Shown here: positions 1 through 12,547 of the stretch, piece by piece
Layout of the letters: every line of letters starts with the position of its first letter
How positions within the stretch are numbered: the stretch's first letter is position 1
The notes under the pieces: generated by a model
The model's database searches: none
What the model saw: only the letters and a program-made list of their open reading frames with translations
Told to the model about the DNA's origin: nothing
DNA from: Fimbriosthenelais zetlandica
Lineage: Eukaryota
NCBI GenBank assembly: GCA_977030845.1
Contig: OZ365112.1
Location: 25,854,001-25,918,000, forward strand
Direction: 5' to 3'
Length of the DNA: 64,000 nucleotides
Position numbers and translations under genes: made by a program

Positions 1-3000
1 AAGTGCAGACAGGGAATTGACCTAAATAGAAGGCTGTCCAAGAAACAAGATTTCAATTTTCTCCCCTGGGACCAAGGTGGCGTGCTGCAAATTAAATCTG
101 TTATTTCTGATGGACTCGACCTTTCTGAGAGCCGAGGAAAAAGTGTTTCCCTGATGGAGGTAGGTGAAGCTGAGATGATGGAAGCAGAGCCGTGGTTCTC
201 CGGATTTAATTTCCTGATTTACTCTCTATCAGCACAGGTTCTATACTCAGGTGCCATATGACACCATGTCTCGGCTCTTACCACTCCTGGACTCACTCCT
301 CCTTCAGGGCTGCCCATTCTTCCCGCTATTCATACAAGCCTCTTTCACAGGCAGGAAATAAGCCCTTCATTAAATGCATTCACTTCGGAAGCTGGCCTGA
401 CAATTATATTAATTAGACACTGCGACAAGTCTTTCTATTGGAAACCAGGCACCTTTTTGTCGCAGCTGCTGCAGCTATAATAAGTACACATTGTCAGGCG
501 TGAAGTAATGGCCTGGCATATATATTGGGTCATGTGACAGGACATACAAGATGGCGCCCATCAGGAAGTGTTTCAGGAAGATGCTGTCTCGAACAGGCTG
601 ACTGACACCCTCCTTTGACACATTTGACAGCCTGGCGTTATGAAGACTAAGCTCCCAAGAAAGATTCAGTGCCTGAGACTACCTCCTCTGCTACACATTC
701 TAATAATGATCTGTGTTTATGCTGCCGAGGTGTGCATAGCACCATAACTCGTCTTGTCGTCTTGTATTCACATCTTGTTTTGGTTTCCATGGCGATGGAC
801 CGGAAGTAGGTGGCAAGAGAGTCCATCCATCTCGTTTTGCTTTTGCTTGAGGTATTTTGTTAGTTTCATACACCCAGAGGGATGCATAATTAAATTCTTG
901 TATTTCATTGCTTGCTTATGATCAATTGGAGACAACAGGAAGCAAGACCCGCGGTTGTATATTCTTGTCAGGCCCACCTGGACATAAAGGCAGACAGGCA
1001 TTAACTCGCATGAATAAACCATGGAGGTTTTCCTCAAGAAAAAATGCTCTACCCTCCCTTGGAGTCCCCAGGCTTTGCCAACCAGTCGTCCCGTTACAAT
1101 GGATCCATTTGCACCTGGCCAATCAGATTGATCCTACAAACTCAATTTGGGATGCTTTTGGATGGCTTGAGAATCATATAGCTTCCCACGGTACGACACC
1201 TGCCAGGGTCGAAGGCGGCGCCTCCTGGGCCTGAATCTGTTACAATAATGCGCCTGTCAGATATGTCATTGGTCGCACTGAAAGATTGATGTCAATGCAG
1301 AGTGACTAGCACACTAACTCAAAGCCCTTGTTCCACATCCTTTGAAAAGGCATTTACATGTATAATTCACATGGTCTTTTCAGCATGCTGGAGAATCATG
1401 TCAGCCCAGACCTTCCCCCCTGTTTATTGATGCTCGATGGCACTGCCTTCACGGTCACAGCACTGCTGAAAATTGGTGCTGAACCAGGTGGTGTATACAA
1501 CTGGAAAAGCATTGGGTCATCACTGGAGGGTAATTGGTGGATGTACATTGATGTTATTTTGTCAGGTCATCCATCATTAGGTCTCTAATCCAATGCTTCC
1601 GGGGTGGCTTTCTACGGTGGCATTCACAACAATCCCACATTTCGTTACCGTAAATATTCTTTTTCCCCCGTACCGTTTTTGTGGCGGGTCTGCTGCTCCT
1701 GTGTGGCAGGTGTTGTGGGCCTGGAAAATTAGGCAAGGTCAAGGCTGGTGTCATCGACTGCGTCAGTTTCAATGAGGGTCTGTGTGCTGGAGCTGTTAAA
1801 ATTACATGAACCATCTTATAACTAATGCAAGTGAAATACAAGCCTCATATCGCCTTGCATCATGTCTCCTGGGTGTGCAGCTGAATTAGGAGTTCATCCT
1901 GACATTGTTCTTATAAAATTTCATTGAAAGTCCTGCATACTCATCATCATAATTATAGTTCTAAAGGAGGCTGTTTGTAACTTGAATGTTAACTGTACAA
2001 TATATTATGTATAGTCTATTAAGTCCAAAGTATATTTAAGCTAATGTATAATTATTATTATATTCGATGGCCTACATTATGGGGGACGTCATAAAAAAAT
2101 CAGATGAACAACACGTAGTAAGTCTATGGGAGTATGTTGAGCAACTCTTTCACCATTATTTTTGTATGAACAGTCCCCTTGTTTAGGGATGAGATATGGG
2201 TGACCTGGGCGGGTGAGTTAGTCCCCTATTACCAGACTCTGATTGATTAATTACAGCCATTCACCCCTGGAGACTGGCTCCAGATAATCTTCAGATCAAT
2301 TATAGATGTATCAATGGACACGCTAATAACTGTTGTCCGTCATATCAATAACAGCCATCTGCACGTCCAGCATATGGATTATTCAAAACACAGGTTATCA
2401 GAGCTGCTACATTGCCATCAGGCTGATTTTTATGTCTTGGAGAGGGGGGATGAAAATGGACCACACAACTATAAAACTGCTCCTGCCCATTGATCAGTGA
2501 CGATGTTTTATCAATCGGAGGGACAGTATAATGTGGCTGCACCACTGAAACAACCCCACAGGGTTAATGGTAAATCAATGGATTTTAAATGAGTATTGAA
2601 TCAGCTACCATTAATTCAAAGTTTCCATGTCGATATAAGCAAGGGAACATCTATGTGTATATACGTGAAAGATGATGTTCCTTGCACATGCTGGTTTCAG
2701 AACTTCATCGTACATGAGACAAGGTATTTTTTGGTAAAAGTTTGTCCAATAACTATAGTCCAATAAGGAAGGTATACTATTCCACTGACTATCCTAGATT
2801 GATTACATTAAATCTGATGTTAATTAGGTGTTATGTGTTATCTCCATTGATGACTTATTCATCGTAGATCGACCATATGCTGCGCGCACTACGTCATGGC
2901 AGTATAGTGCATGACTTGGTATCAGTCAAGCTGAGGGAAACCACATTAATGGCTGCCACAATGGCAAGAAACCTCCTGAGTGAATCTACATTTTATTCTA

Positions 3001-4840
3001 GCCACAAGTTAATACGCCAATTTATTTCTTCCCAAGTCTGGCTGTAATGTTTTGGCTGGTGTATTCACACGCAGGTCTGAGTCTTTGGCCTGCTGAATCA
3101 GTTGGAACTTGACGCCCCACTGTTATAATGTATTTGGTTGTCATTGACTTCGCTCAGGAGTGGGCTTCGCCAAGGTCAGGAAGGGTATAATGCTTTCACC
3201 CAAGACCTAGCTCTGTCCCCTTCTGCCTTATCAAAGTCTGAAGCCGCTATTTCTTATCTTAACAGCATATGAGGTCGGAGAACATAGAAGTATACAAAAA
3301 GTCTCTCCTCTGGTGTCTCCATCGGATAAGAGGCCATAGCAGAGGGGAACCCTGGGTAAACAAACATCCGGGTGACTTGTTCACAGGAACCGGAAATATG
3401 ACGGCTGCTGCACTGGGGGCAATCTGGAAACGAATGACAGAAGGGGAACCTTGGGTATAGTTCTTTAGGCGCATTTACTCCTTATCGCGACACAAAAAAG
3501 GGCCATGTTTATCCTTGGAAAATGGATGTTGGTTGCATTCAAGAAATTAAAGAATGGTGATCGATCACAGGAAGTCCTGTATCAGGTGCAAGATAGGCAT
3601 ACAGGGCCTTGAAAATAGGGACATTGCTCAATAACGCTGTGTTCGTGTTCCCATTGACTTGTATGCTTTAGCAGAGGGGAGACATCTCTGAGAAAGAAAC
3701 TCCTTTTCGGTCAGATGAGATTCAAGATCCTGTTGGAATGAAATAATCAATGGTCCCCATGTAGCTATCACTAACTGGAATCTTGCTTGGTAATGTATAC
3801 GCTTGTATTAAGGCACTGATGGTGTTCTAACTTTAAACTTCAAAATCGATTCAACTTATAATTACACAACTTCCATCTGTCTCATTTTTCTGCCGCACTT
3901 AGATTAATACTCTCTGCTTTGCCTTCCAACAGTTTCTGAAACTCTTGTAGGGAAAAGAATTGACATCTCTTGAGGAAGCAACGTAAAAATGTCATAAACG
4001 AGTATTCCATCAAGTCTGTCTCCTTTGAATTAGTGTTACATTTCTATCCTAGAAACAGTCCTACTGAGCACAGAATGATAAATGTGGAGCCTTATTTCCT
4101 TGGGTTGACATCTCTTAGATCTTCTCATACATTTCTCAAACATAATTTCTTTGGATGCATCCATGCATTTCCTTGTGGAAAATTCCACGCTTTTTGTCAT
4201 CGAAAGCATATCAAATCGAATGACCTTTTAAACAGCAAAACGAATGACCTTTTGCATCAGATAGGAGAACCTTAACTAGACTGAGATTCTGGCGCTTAAT
4301 TCAGATGCGTGTCAACAAAACACTCTGCCGCCAATGCCAGCTATGCCATTAGAGCCAGAGACAAGATGTGTTCCTCCATTTTCTACATATACACCATCTG
4401 CAGAATCACCAACTTGTGGGAGAAGGGAACCTCAATTCCCTATAGAAGCATCTTGACAATGGCAGCAATGTATAGGGACTAGAGGTGACTTCCTTACACC
4501 AAACTTAAGCATCATCTCCACTGTGGTACCCATCTGATATCAATCAGATCTACCTTTTCTTGTATTACCCAATTATTGGTTTATTGTTTGTTGGTACGTT
4601 CATATTAGAGCAATCGACAGCTGGCTTTGGAAATTAATTTGGAAGTCAATGGAACGTCGAGATAGTGGATGAGAGCTTTATTTGTTGTCATTTAGTGTTA
4701 CCCTGGAGATGAGTCTTATACTAGTAGAGGAGCATTGTAATGATGATTCTTCTCCACCTCTCCACATCATTCCTACACATGGGCCCCTGGAGAAAACGGG
4801 TCTTGAACAAGCCTTGCACAACATTTTTTTGTTCAATGTG

Positions 4841-5234
4841 GTGGGAGACCGAGTGACTGGGGCCTTCTTCACCGACACCACTCGAGTGAAGTCGGTCGAG
4901 CAGAGCCCAAAAAGAGGGTCTCCCCTCCAAATCCCGTCGGTGTTCCAGAGCCCCAAAAGTCCCCCCAAGGGCATTCAGGCCCATGAGTGGAGACCGAAGT
5001 TTTGGGCTCTGCTACACCGACTTGACTCGGGGGTAGGCGGTAGACCGGTGCCCAAAAAGATGGTCTCCCTTCCAGGCCCGTTGTGGGAGACCGACTGACT
5101 GGGGCCTGCTTCACCGACTCCACTCGAGTGAAGTCGGTTGAGCAGAGCCCAAAAAGAGGGTCTCCCCTCCAAGTCCCGTTGGTGTTGCAGAGCCCCAAAA
5201 GTCCCCCCAAGGGCATCCAGACCCATGAGTGGAG
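4841..5234. repeat. Direct duplication (period 242 bp) built from ~82-bp imperfect palindromic units
   Basis: 4841-4992 and 5083-5234 are near-identical 152-bp copies (GTGGGAGACC...CCATGAGTGGAG). The intervening 4989-5068 is a diverged copy of the same GGAGACC...GGTCTCC unit. The overlapping ORFs at 4678-5226 are by-products of this repeat. Confidence 0.92.
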
Positions 5235-5320
5235 TGAGAGAGTGGGGAAAGAGAGGCAGAGAGATCGAAGACAGAAGGAGAGGGGGAGAGAGGGAGTGAG
5301 AGAGAAGGAGTGAATGAGTG
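5231..5320 (+). repeat. Purine-rich (GA-rich) low-complexity tract
   Basis: Almost all G/A on the plus strand (GAGTGAGAGAGTGGGGAAAGAGAGGCAGAGAG...), directly after the palindromic array. Confidence 0.8.
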
Positions 5321-7709
5321 GGCCTTTTAATATTTTATCCCTTACCTCTCGTTAGAGTACAAAGCCTTACAAATGGCCTCCTGCAATGCATAGGTCGAAA
5401 AAGATCAAACGCGCGGATTTTATCACAGGGATCTTCCTTCGCTAATATGTCATTTTCTATGGCAGGGTATTATTAAACAAACTGCCAAGGAGCAAACAGA
5501 GACTTTGTACTTTTCTGAACTTGTCTTGTGCCCTTTTTACGACACCTGTCCTTTTGATTTTACCAGACTTGAAGGCTTGATGCATAACAAATGTGAATTG
5601 CACACATTTCCCATCGACTTACAGAAAAGGTGCACGTTTCTTGCAAGTAGAGGAACTTGTTAATATTCGTCAAAAAGTTTTTGGACTGGTTGTTTTGAGT
5701 CTTTGTATGATCAAATGCAGCCGGGGTGTGAAAAAATGTAAAATTAAATACATGACGCATCCACATGTATGTTCTTTATTTCTCTCTGAAACCTTTCATC
5801 TCAATCGTGTAGTAACTGTAATGTCTAGCTCCCATCAAAGAAACCTGGTGGCTGCTAAGTATTGCCGAGCTAAATCCTGGGATGTACGAGTAAAGAAACC
5901 AGGCCATCTGTTCCAACACTCAACCATTTATTTCAATTTTATGATAGTTTCTATTCCCTTCTTTTTTTGTTATGATAACATGCTTCTAAATCATCTTTGT
6001 ATCACGAATTCCCAGTCGTTTATAATCTTTCCAATGATTCTAATGACCTTTTCTCGCCATCTGATCAACTATCTGATTTATTCCTAATAAAAAATGTCAA
6101 TTTTGAGGCCAAGGGTCTTCTCGACAATATGATATCAATCAAACACAAAACGTTTCATGAAGAATATACTATGGTTTTCAAGTGTTGTCTATTTTTTTGA
6201 GGTGAGGATGAATCCCGCCGACAAAAAGAAAAAGAGTGAGGTTTATATATGGCTTTTGGATACGTGTTACTCCTCCTAAAAAGTGTTGAAGCAGCATTTT
6301 ACTGTGCAAATGAAACACATAGCCTTGAGAAACATTGCCCAGAAAATAGGATAAGGCATATTGGGGATACTCTGTCTGAAAAAGCCTTGAAATCTTGAGC
6401 ATTCCTCTTACACATTATGCCATAAAGTTGACAACAATCGTGCCTTTTTTCTTTTGCGGCTATAGCAGGCAAACAGTTGTAGATAAAAAAAAGTCAGATC
6501 GAGTTTAAAAGCCGACATATTTCCGAGGAAAAATCTTCTGGGTTTAAAAGGCCCAGAAAGGGTGGGTCTTCAGAGGCTTAATTCCCGACCTCAATGGCAA
6601 GTGACAGGGTATACAAACAGGGTAAAAATCATTGTTACTTTCTCAGCAAAATTATGTGCGTCAAAGAGAACTCAATGCTTGGCTTTACTCTACTTGTATG
6701 AACTATTGAAACCACAATTCTCTCCTCCCGTAAAAGAGTATAGGCTCATGTTGCTGAGAGGAAATGAGGCCCTGGGGAGGAGTAGATCGTCAGGGGTTGT
6801 TTTTGGATTGGCTGGGTCGATATTCACCTGAGGGGATGCATTATTGTATTGGGAATTGGGGCTTCTGGTTCACATATGGTGTAGACTACTCTTGTATTTA
6901 CAAAATGCTTGCTATGCTAATCATAGCTTGTCTCTATGGACTGATGCTAATCAATGGAAAGGACACTAGACGGAAAATAAACGTTTGTTGTGGGTGGCCT
7001 GCAATCATTCATCGCAAATGTTTGTTCCCCATCCAAAACTGTTTTTGTAAAGCAATCGTTAATAATGATTATTTCTGCTATATGTACTCCAGTTTCGATT
7101 ATCTTTTGTTCTTCAGTAGAAGTCCTCTGTACCTTGGCAACCATGTTCTGACCCATGCTTAGGAAATACATTTAGTGGCACTCCTTAAGGCATTGAATAT
7201 TCGAGTCTTCTGAAGGATTCATTGATATGCAATGCATAGGGAAGATGTGCAATGCGGTGAGGGCAGGGCCTGTCTGAAATAGTCAGTAAACTAGTGTGAG
7301 GTTACAGGTGCTTCTAACAGTGGTAAACATGCCTCACGACTGAGATCTAGATAAATACTACCAACTCCCCCACCCCCTCCATTCCATTCACTCCCATCCC
7401 CACAAAAATAAGTCCACCCCTACCATAATCCAAGCTTCGGTCACTATATTCGAAGCCTGAAAAAACGCCCACCACACCCGGATCTTGCACAAATAAGTAA
7501 TTTAAGAAGCCCGGCCTTAACAATTCATATAAAAGGAAAATATATATCATGTCTTTTGAAATCATTTTAAGGGAAGTTGTCATGATTTCTCCTCTCAATA
7601 GATGAATAATATGTTTGAACTTTATTTATTTTATCTTGGATAGAAAAGTTTCTATTTACTTTTTGGAGCTGTTTTTCTTAAAATTATTATTTGTTCATTT
7701 TCCTTGCAG

Positions 7710-7766
7710 GTGAGTTACATTTTTCAGTGCTTCATTCAAAGCAAATCTCCATGAAAGGAAGATATT
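7710..7766 (+). other. Candidate 57-nt exon or recursive-splice (RS) exon
   Basis: Acceptor ...TTGTTCATTTTCCTTGCAG ends at 7709, with no AG between 7669 and 7707. It is immediately followed by GTGAGT, and a downstream donor ATATT|GTAAGT starts at 7767. Confidence 0.5.
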
Positions 7767-10700
7767 GTAAGTAATCCTTTGCTATACTATAAATCAAGCC
7801 TTACACATAAGCCTTAGTGGATATTTGAATGAGCTTTTGCATAGCAAATAGCAAAATTGATGAACTCTTCCCTTGAGCACTTTGTCCAACGTCTCAAATA
7901 TAATTCTCTCTCGGAAATGCTTCAATGTTTCTTCTTGTATTAAGGTCTTATATTGCCTTCATTGATAACTAGAAATAAGATTTTTTCTCTGTACTTTATG
8001 GCTATTAATCGTCATGGTTAATAGAACACATTGTGAGAATTCATTTGTGCCAATATGGCCACAAAAATGTAATTCATTACGAGATGTTATTAATTCTTTT
8101 TATGAGAATTATTTCATAGTCCTGGTTTCAAGCCAAACAAACAACCGAAGATTACAAAGCAGCAAACAATTAATCAACATTACTGCTTTTCTTTTATGCT
8201 AATTATGGTTGTTACCTACAAATATGTAGGTATGTAAATGATGTAAGTATGATAGGTATAATTCAGCAATATTGCTTCCCAGTCCCTGGGACTTCCCATA
8301 GACAGTCTCCTGTCAGTGCTGAAGGTATCTCTTCCCAATCTTTGCCAACATTCATTAGAGTGTGACAATAGGGAGACAGTGGATCTGGTGCGGGATAATA
8401 CCCGATTAAACACGTTAATCCCATGTCCCAATCACTAATACATGCTTGCTGAGGAGACGATAAGCTGATAACTTCGTCAAGTTAAAAGGGCGCCGAGATG
8501 ATGAAATACAATTGGTTCTGGCGAGGTGATCAATCGAGGACTTCTTCTATCATGGCTTGGTTGGTGTAATTATCTGCGCTTGCCAGACGAGCACAAATAA
8601 TGACACGATAGAGAGACATTGTTAGATGCTAACCCTGTTAACGGTAGTGTAGGTTTACATAGGCGTAACTATGTTAGCAGGTGTCGTAATTACTGGGGAG
8701 ATACGCTATGTTTTAGAAGCATATGATAGAAGAAGGACTTTCGAAGATTTGTCCTTATACTGTTGTGTAGAGTGGATTTGACATTAAGTTTTCGTTAAGC
8801 TATTTTAGAGATCTCATTAAGACTGTCTAAAGGATTAGCACAGGATTTTCTCCGTAATTCAAAAGGTGGAAATTTTGACCTACGAAACTGATGTTCCAAT
8901 AGAAACAGATATGCCTTATTTCCCCCAGATTGCCCTGGAAATCATTCCAAGTTGTAACAATAATCACGGTATGAGTCAGTTGAGCAGATCTTATTGCACA
9001 CATTCTGTATTTGACATAATCCAAAGCTGCGCCTATAAGCTTCTTCTATACAGCCATATTCCTCCAGGCGGTTTCCATGGAAAAGGCGATGGAAAGTCAT
9101 CATTCTCGTTGTGATAGCGTCGCCATAGCAACCATCACACGTGCGGGAGACAGGATCCCCGGCTGTTGTTGATATCGGTCACCAAGGTTACCAGACTGTC
9201 ATGAACACTCTGCTTTTATTTAGAGTAATCATAAATGAATTTTCCTTAAACCCTTCTGGCGGTTCATTTTAAAACTGCAATTCTTACTTCCATTTACAAT
9301 GACAAGCTTTTGAAGGAAAACGAAATGAAAAGACACATAGGGACATTTAATATTGGCCTACTTTATATCTCAAATTAATTCTTCGTAAAGAATGGATGAC
9401 AATAATAAGATACTCCATATAACTCTTCGAAATTAATCCCTTTTTCCGGTTGGATTGAAGTCCATACAAAAGGTTAGATCAACTTAATATCAGCGGAGAT
9501 CGCATTTCATCCCTTCTTCAAGCCATTCATCTTGGCTATGACTTGGCAAATATTGGTCCTTTTCATCTATAAAGCATTACCTATGAAGAAGCAGTGGAGG
9601 ACTCTAGCTCCATTTCTCCGCTATTCCCTTAGAAATATGCCCTCACTTGATGCATGGAGGATACACACTTTGTTCCTTATAGCAAACAATGAAAGTCTCC
9701 TCGTCACAGAGTTAAATCTCACAGGATATTGACATCCTGTCTTGCCTCTACGATTGAATTTTTTTATTCAGAGGCCTTTATGTTTGCTTGGCACTGACAT
9801 GTCACCTTTGCCGTCTTGTCTTTTTACGCTAAAGCCACCCACTTGCATGACCCTTGTAGTAGGGCTAGTTGTACGCTTTATGCATGGTTACAATATTCAT
9901 TCGTTTAAATCACCATTGGGCCATGTGCAACGTTACAGCTAGTAATAATTGGGAAATGTTAACTTTCTCAAGTCTGTTATCAAGATGACCCCAATAATCT
10001 GCATGTGGAGCACCTGAGTAACTCAATAACCAGTGGTAATGAATACGAGATGTGTGACATTATGCCCAACAATAATTTGGAAATCTTATCTCCCCAAATC
10101 TGTTTTTATTAAAATAAACCCAATAATCTCCATGTCCAGCAACTACGCCTAATTCATTTAAGAAATTTAAGAACTAGTGGTAAAAGACCCCCACCCCCCA
10201 CCCACCCCACCCATATCCTTTCCTGTGTGTTAAACAAGCGACAGAAACCCTTTTACCAGAACTGTACCTCCATATTTGGTTGAAAAGGACCTGGTTGCCT
10301 GTGTAATACTTTACGGTAATGCCATCAAGGTGGTACAGGGAGTTGTATGTGGGTCCTGCAGGTGCTATATACAAACCTGTGGGTGTTGTGTGTGCGTGAG
10401 GATGGTTTGAAGTGTATTGGGGCGAGGGAAAAGGCCATCTGGGTCAATGTTGTAGAAAGGCGATATCATAGGCCCATGGGGGTATGCTTGAATAATAATC
10501 ATCATTTACAGTTCGTGCAGGCATCCCTCAGAGCCTTGTTGAAGAAGCATAGATGCAAGTTGCAACATTATCCAGCACCTTTCAGACCCACTACTCAAGC
10601 CTGACTGAATGTTGTCATTTACATCTCTTAACTGTCTAGCATAGCCAAGTGTTTTGACTATTCATTTACTAGGATTCCCAGCCAACCACATTGGCTGGGA

Positions 10701-12528
10701 ATAATCCAGTTCAACATCGCACATTGGGGTTTTCGCGACTTCCCACTTGCCAACAACAAATGAAGACATGATGCACATCACTTTTGGTTGTTGTTTTTCT
10801 AGTCATAATTTTTATAGAGCCTGTTCATATACGGCAGTTTGCTTCTCTTCATACTTGCCAACAAAAAAAATAATGAAGACATGATGTACATCATTAAGAA
10901 AATGAAAGTTCGTGGGAAAATCATCTGCATATCTCCATTACTATTGAGTATGGAAAATACCCCCTGAAGTGTTGGGTGGCCCTAAACTGACATCTGCACG
11001 ACGAAATTGTTATTATGGCATATCCTCGTCACGATCCCGCACGAAGAGTGTCAGCCTCAACAGGCACCTTAGCATGTTAGACACCCTGAAAGGTGTGCAA
11101 GGCTAGCCACTGGCAATGTAAAGGTGACGGGGGTGACAGGCTCTGCTTGCATGTACAACAGCGTGCCCTGCACCCTTAAATGTATCCAACTCTAAGCAAG
11201 CCAACAGCTTATTCTCTCTCGCTTCTATCTGGTCCATGATGGCATTTTTTTTGTCGTACTAACAGAACCAGATGGTTTATCTGACTGGCACTGGCTTTGT
11301 TCCAAATCCTCAAAGAAAAAAAAATTACCTCCTTTGGTGAATTTTCCTTAAAAAGGAATTGAAAATAGTTGTGGTTCTCATTGTTATTTCAATGGAAGAC
11401 TTTTATGGACACTTCAGCAATCATTGCCAAACGACACTGCTTTTGAACTTAAAAAAAGCAGTTAAAGGTCTTTACAATGCTTTGGCTGAAAGAGCAAAGA
11501 ATCCCAATTCTTTTCAACATTGTGTTTGGTGGTAAAGCATTTTTTGTTCTTCCTCAGTGGGCAATTAGAGGCATCCCTCTGGCTACCTCTTACAAAATGA
11601 AACACTTTACGACGCTTTAGCTTTAGTCAACTATGTCTCTGAAGCTTCAGGGGTGGGTGAAAGAGTAATCATGTTGACACATGTGGAAGGACCACAACTA
11701 ACCTGAAGCCTTTCTCAGGTACCCGTGAAAGTGAAGAGGGTAAATATTGGTTGTAAATTGACCGACTTTTTGTACCGTTGTCGGCTGGCCATCGTGAGCA
11801 AAACCCAGGTGTCAGGAAAGTCAACTATTACATCACACATTCAAAGTGACAACTTTGATTATAAAATACATCTTGCGGTTGCAAAGAAAGCTTTTCAGGT
11901 CTGGGCATATTATAGAGGTAGGCCCTACCATGTAGCCATAGACCCCATGGTTTAAAGTTTGCTGCATGTTTATCTTGCTTTGGTAGGGACCTAGATCATG
12001 GACAGCCTGTTATTCTGGTGAAGGGTTAATGAACTGTCACCTGAGGAGACAGCTGACTCCTCATACAGAAGTCTGTTGACAGAATAAGAACTGATATTTC
12101 CTCAGCTGACACCTACACAGTGAGTCTTGGGATAGTCTTACACTGTGCAATGTGAAAAAGCTCGTCCGCATGTCAAGCAAAGAAATACGATCATCCCAAA
12201 CTTGATCACGACAAGGTGCCTGTATGATCAGTTGAGCTTCTCTTCCCCAATCTCATTATTAAAGTGCCTTTGTTTGAATAGATTGCATTGCATTGATCTG
12301 GGGAGGTTTTCATAAAATATCCGAGGAGACATACAAACAAGCTTCCCATAGAAAAGTACATGTTAGTGTCGGCCATTGCTTTCTTAATTTCAACATCACC
12401 CCCAGATCTAACTCCAGATGAAGTAATCTATTTTATGGAAAAGCAATAAAACATATGGCCATTTCAATATGGAAGATATATTGCACTTTCCTAATTATAT
12501 GTTGTGGGATGTTATCTATACGTGTTGC

Positions 12529-12547
12529 CCCAGCGGGCACAGCACGT
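12529..12547 (+). repeat. Left terminal inverted repeat of the EnSpm-like element
   Basis: CCCAGCGGGCACAGCACGT, preceded by the GC TSD. Confidence 0.88.

Noticed and set aside
4678-5226. Cluster of overlapping ORFs on both strands (up to 138 aa)
   Set aside because: They overlap the GC-rich palindromic repeat, which lacks stops; the peptides repeat with the DNA period and resemble no family.
5593-6087. Longest ORF (164 aa)
   Set aside because: No recognisable motif, composition typical of translated AT-rich non-coding DNA, and length within chance expectation.
5319-6555. 12-bp inverted repeat TGGGCCTTTTAA / TTAAAAGGCCCA as possible TIRs
   Set aside because: The match does not extend and no target-site duplication flanks it.
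8229-8235. AG|GTATGT as a third recursive site
   Set aside because: No pyrimidine tract next to the AG.
10745-10893. ~35-bp direct repeat (ACTTGCCAACAA...ATGAAGACATGATG.ACATCA), and an 18-bp one at 3341/3438
   Set aside because: Short local duplications with no element structure between them.
10920-10937. WRYADD on the minus strand, reverse-transcriptase-like (Penelope-type)
   Set aside because: Two stops immediately precede it and no other RT motifs appear at the expected distances.
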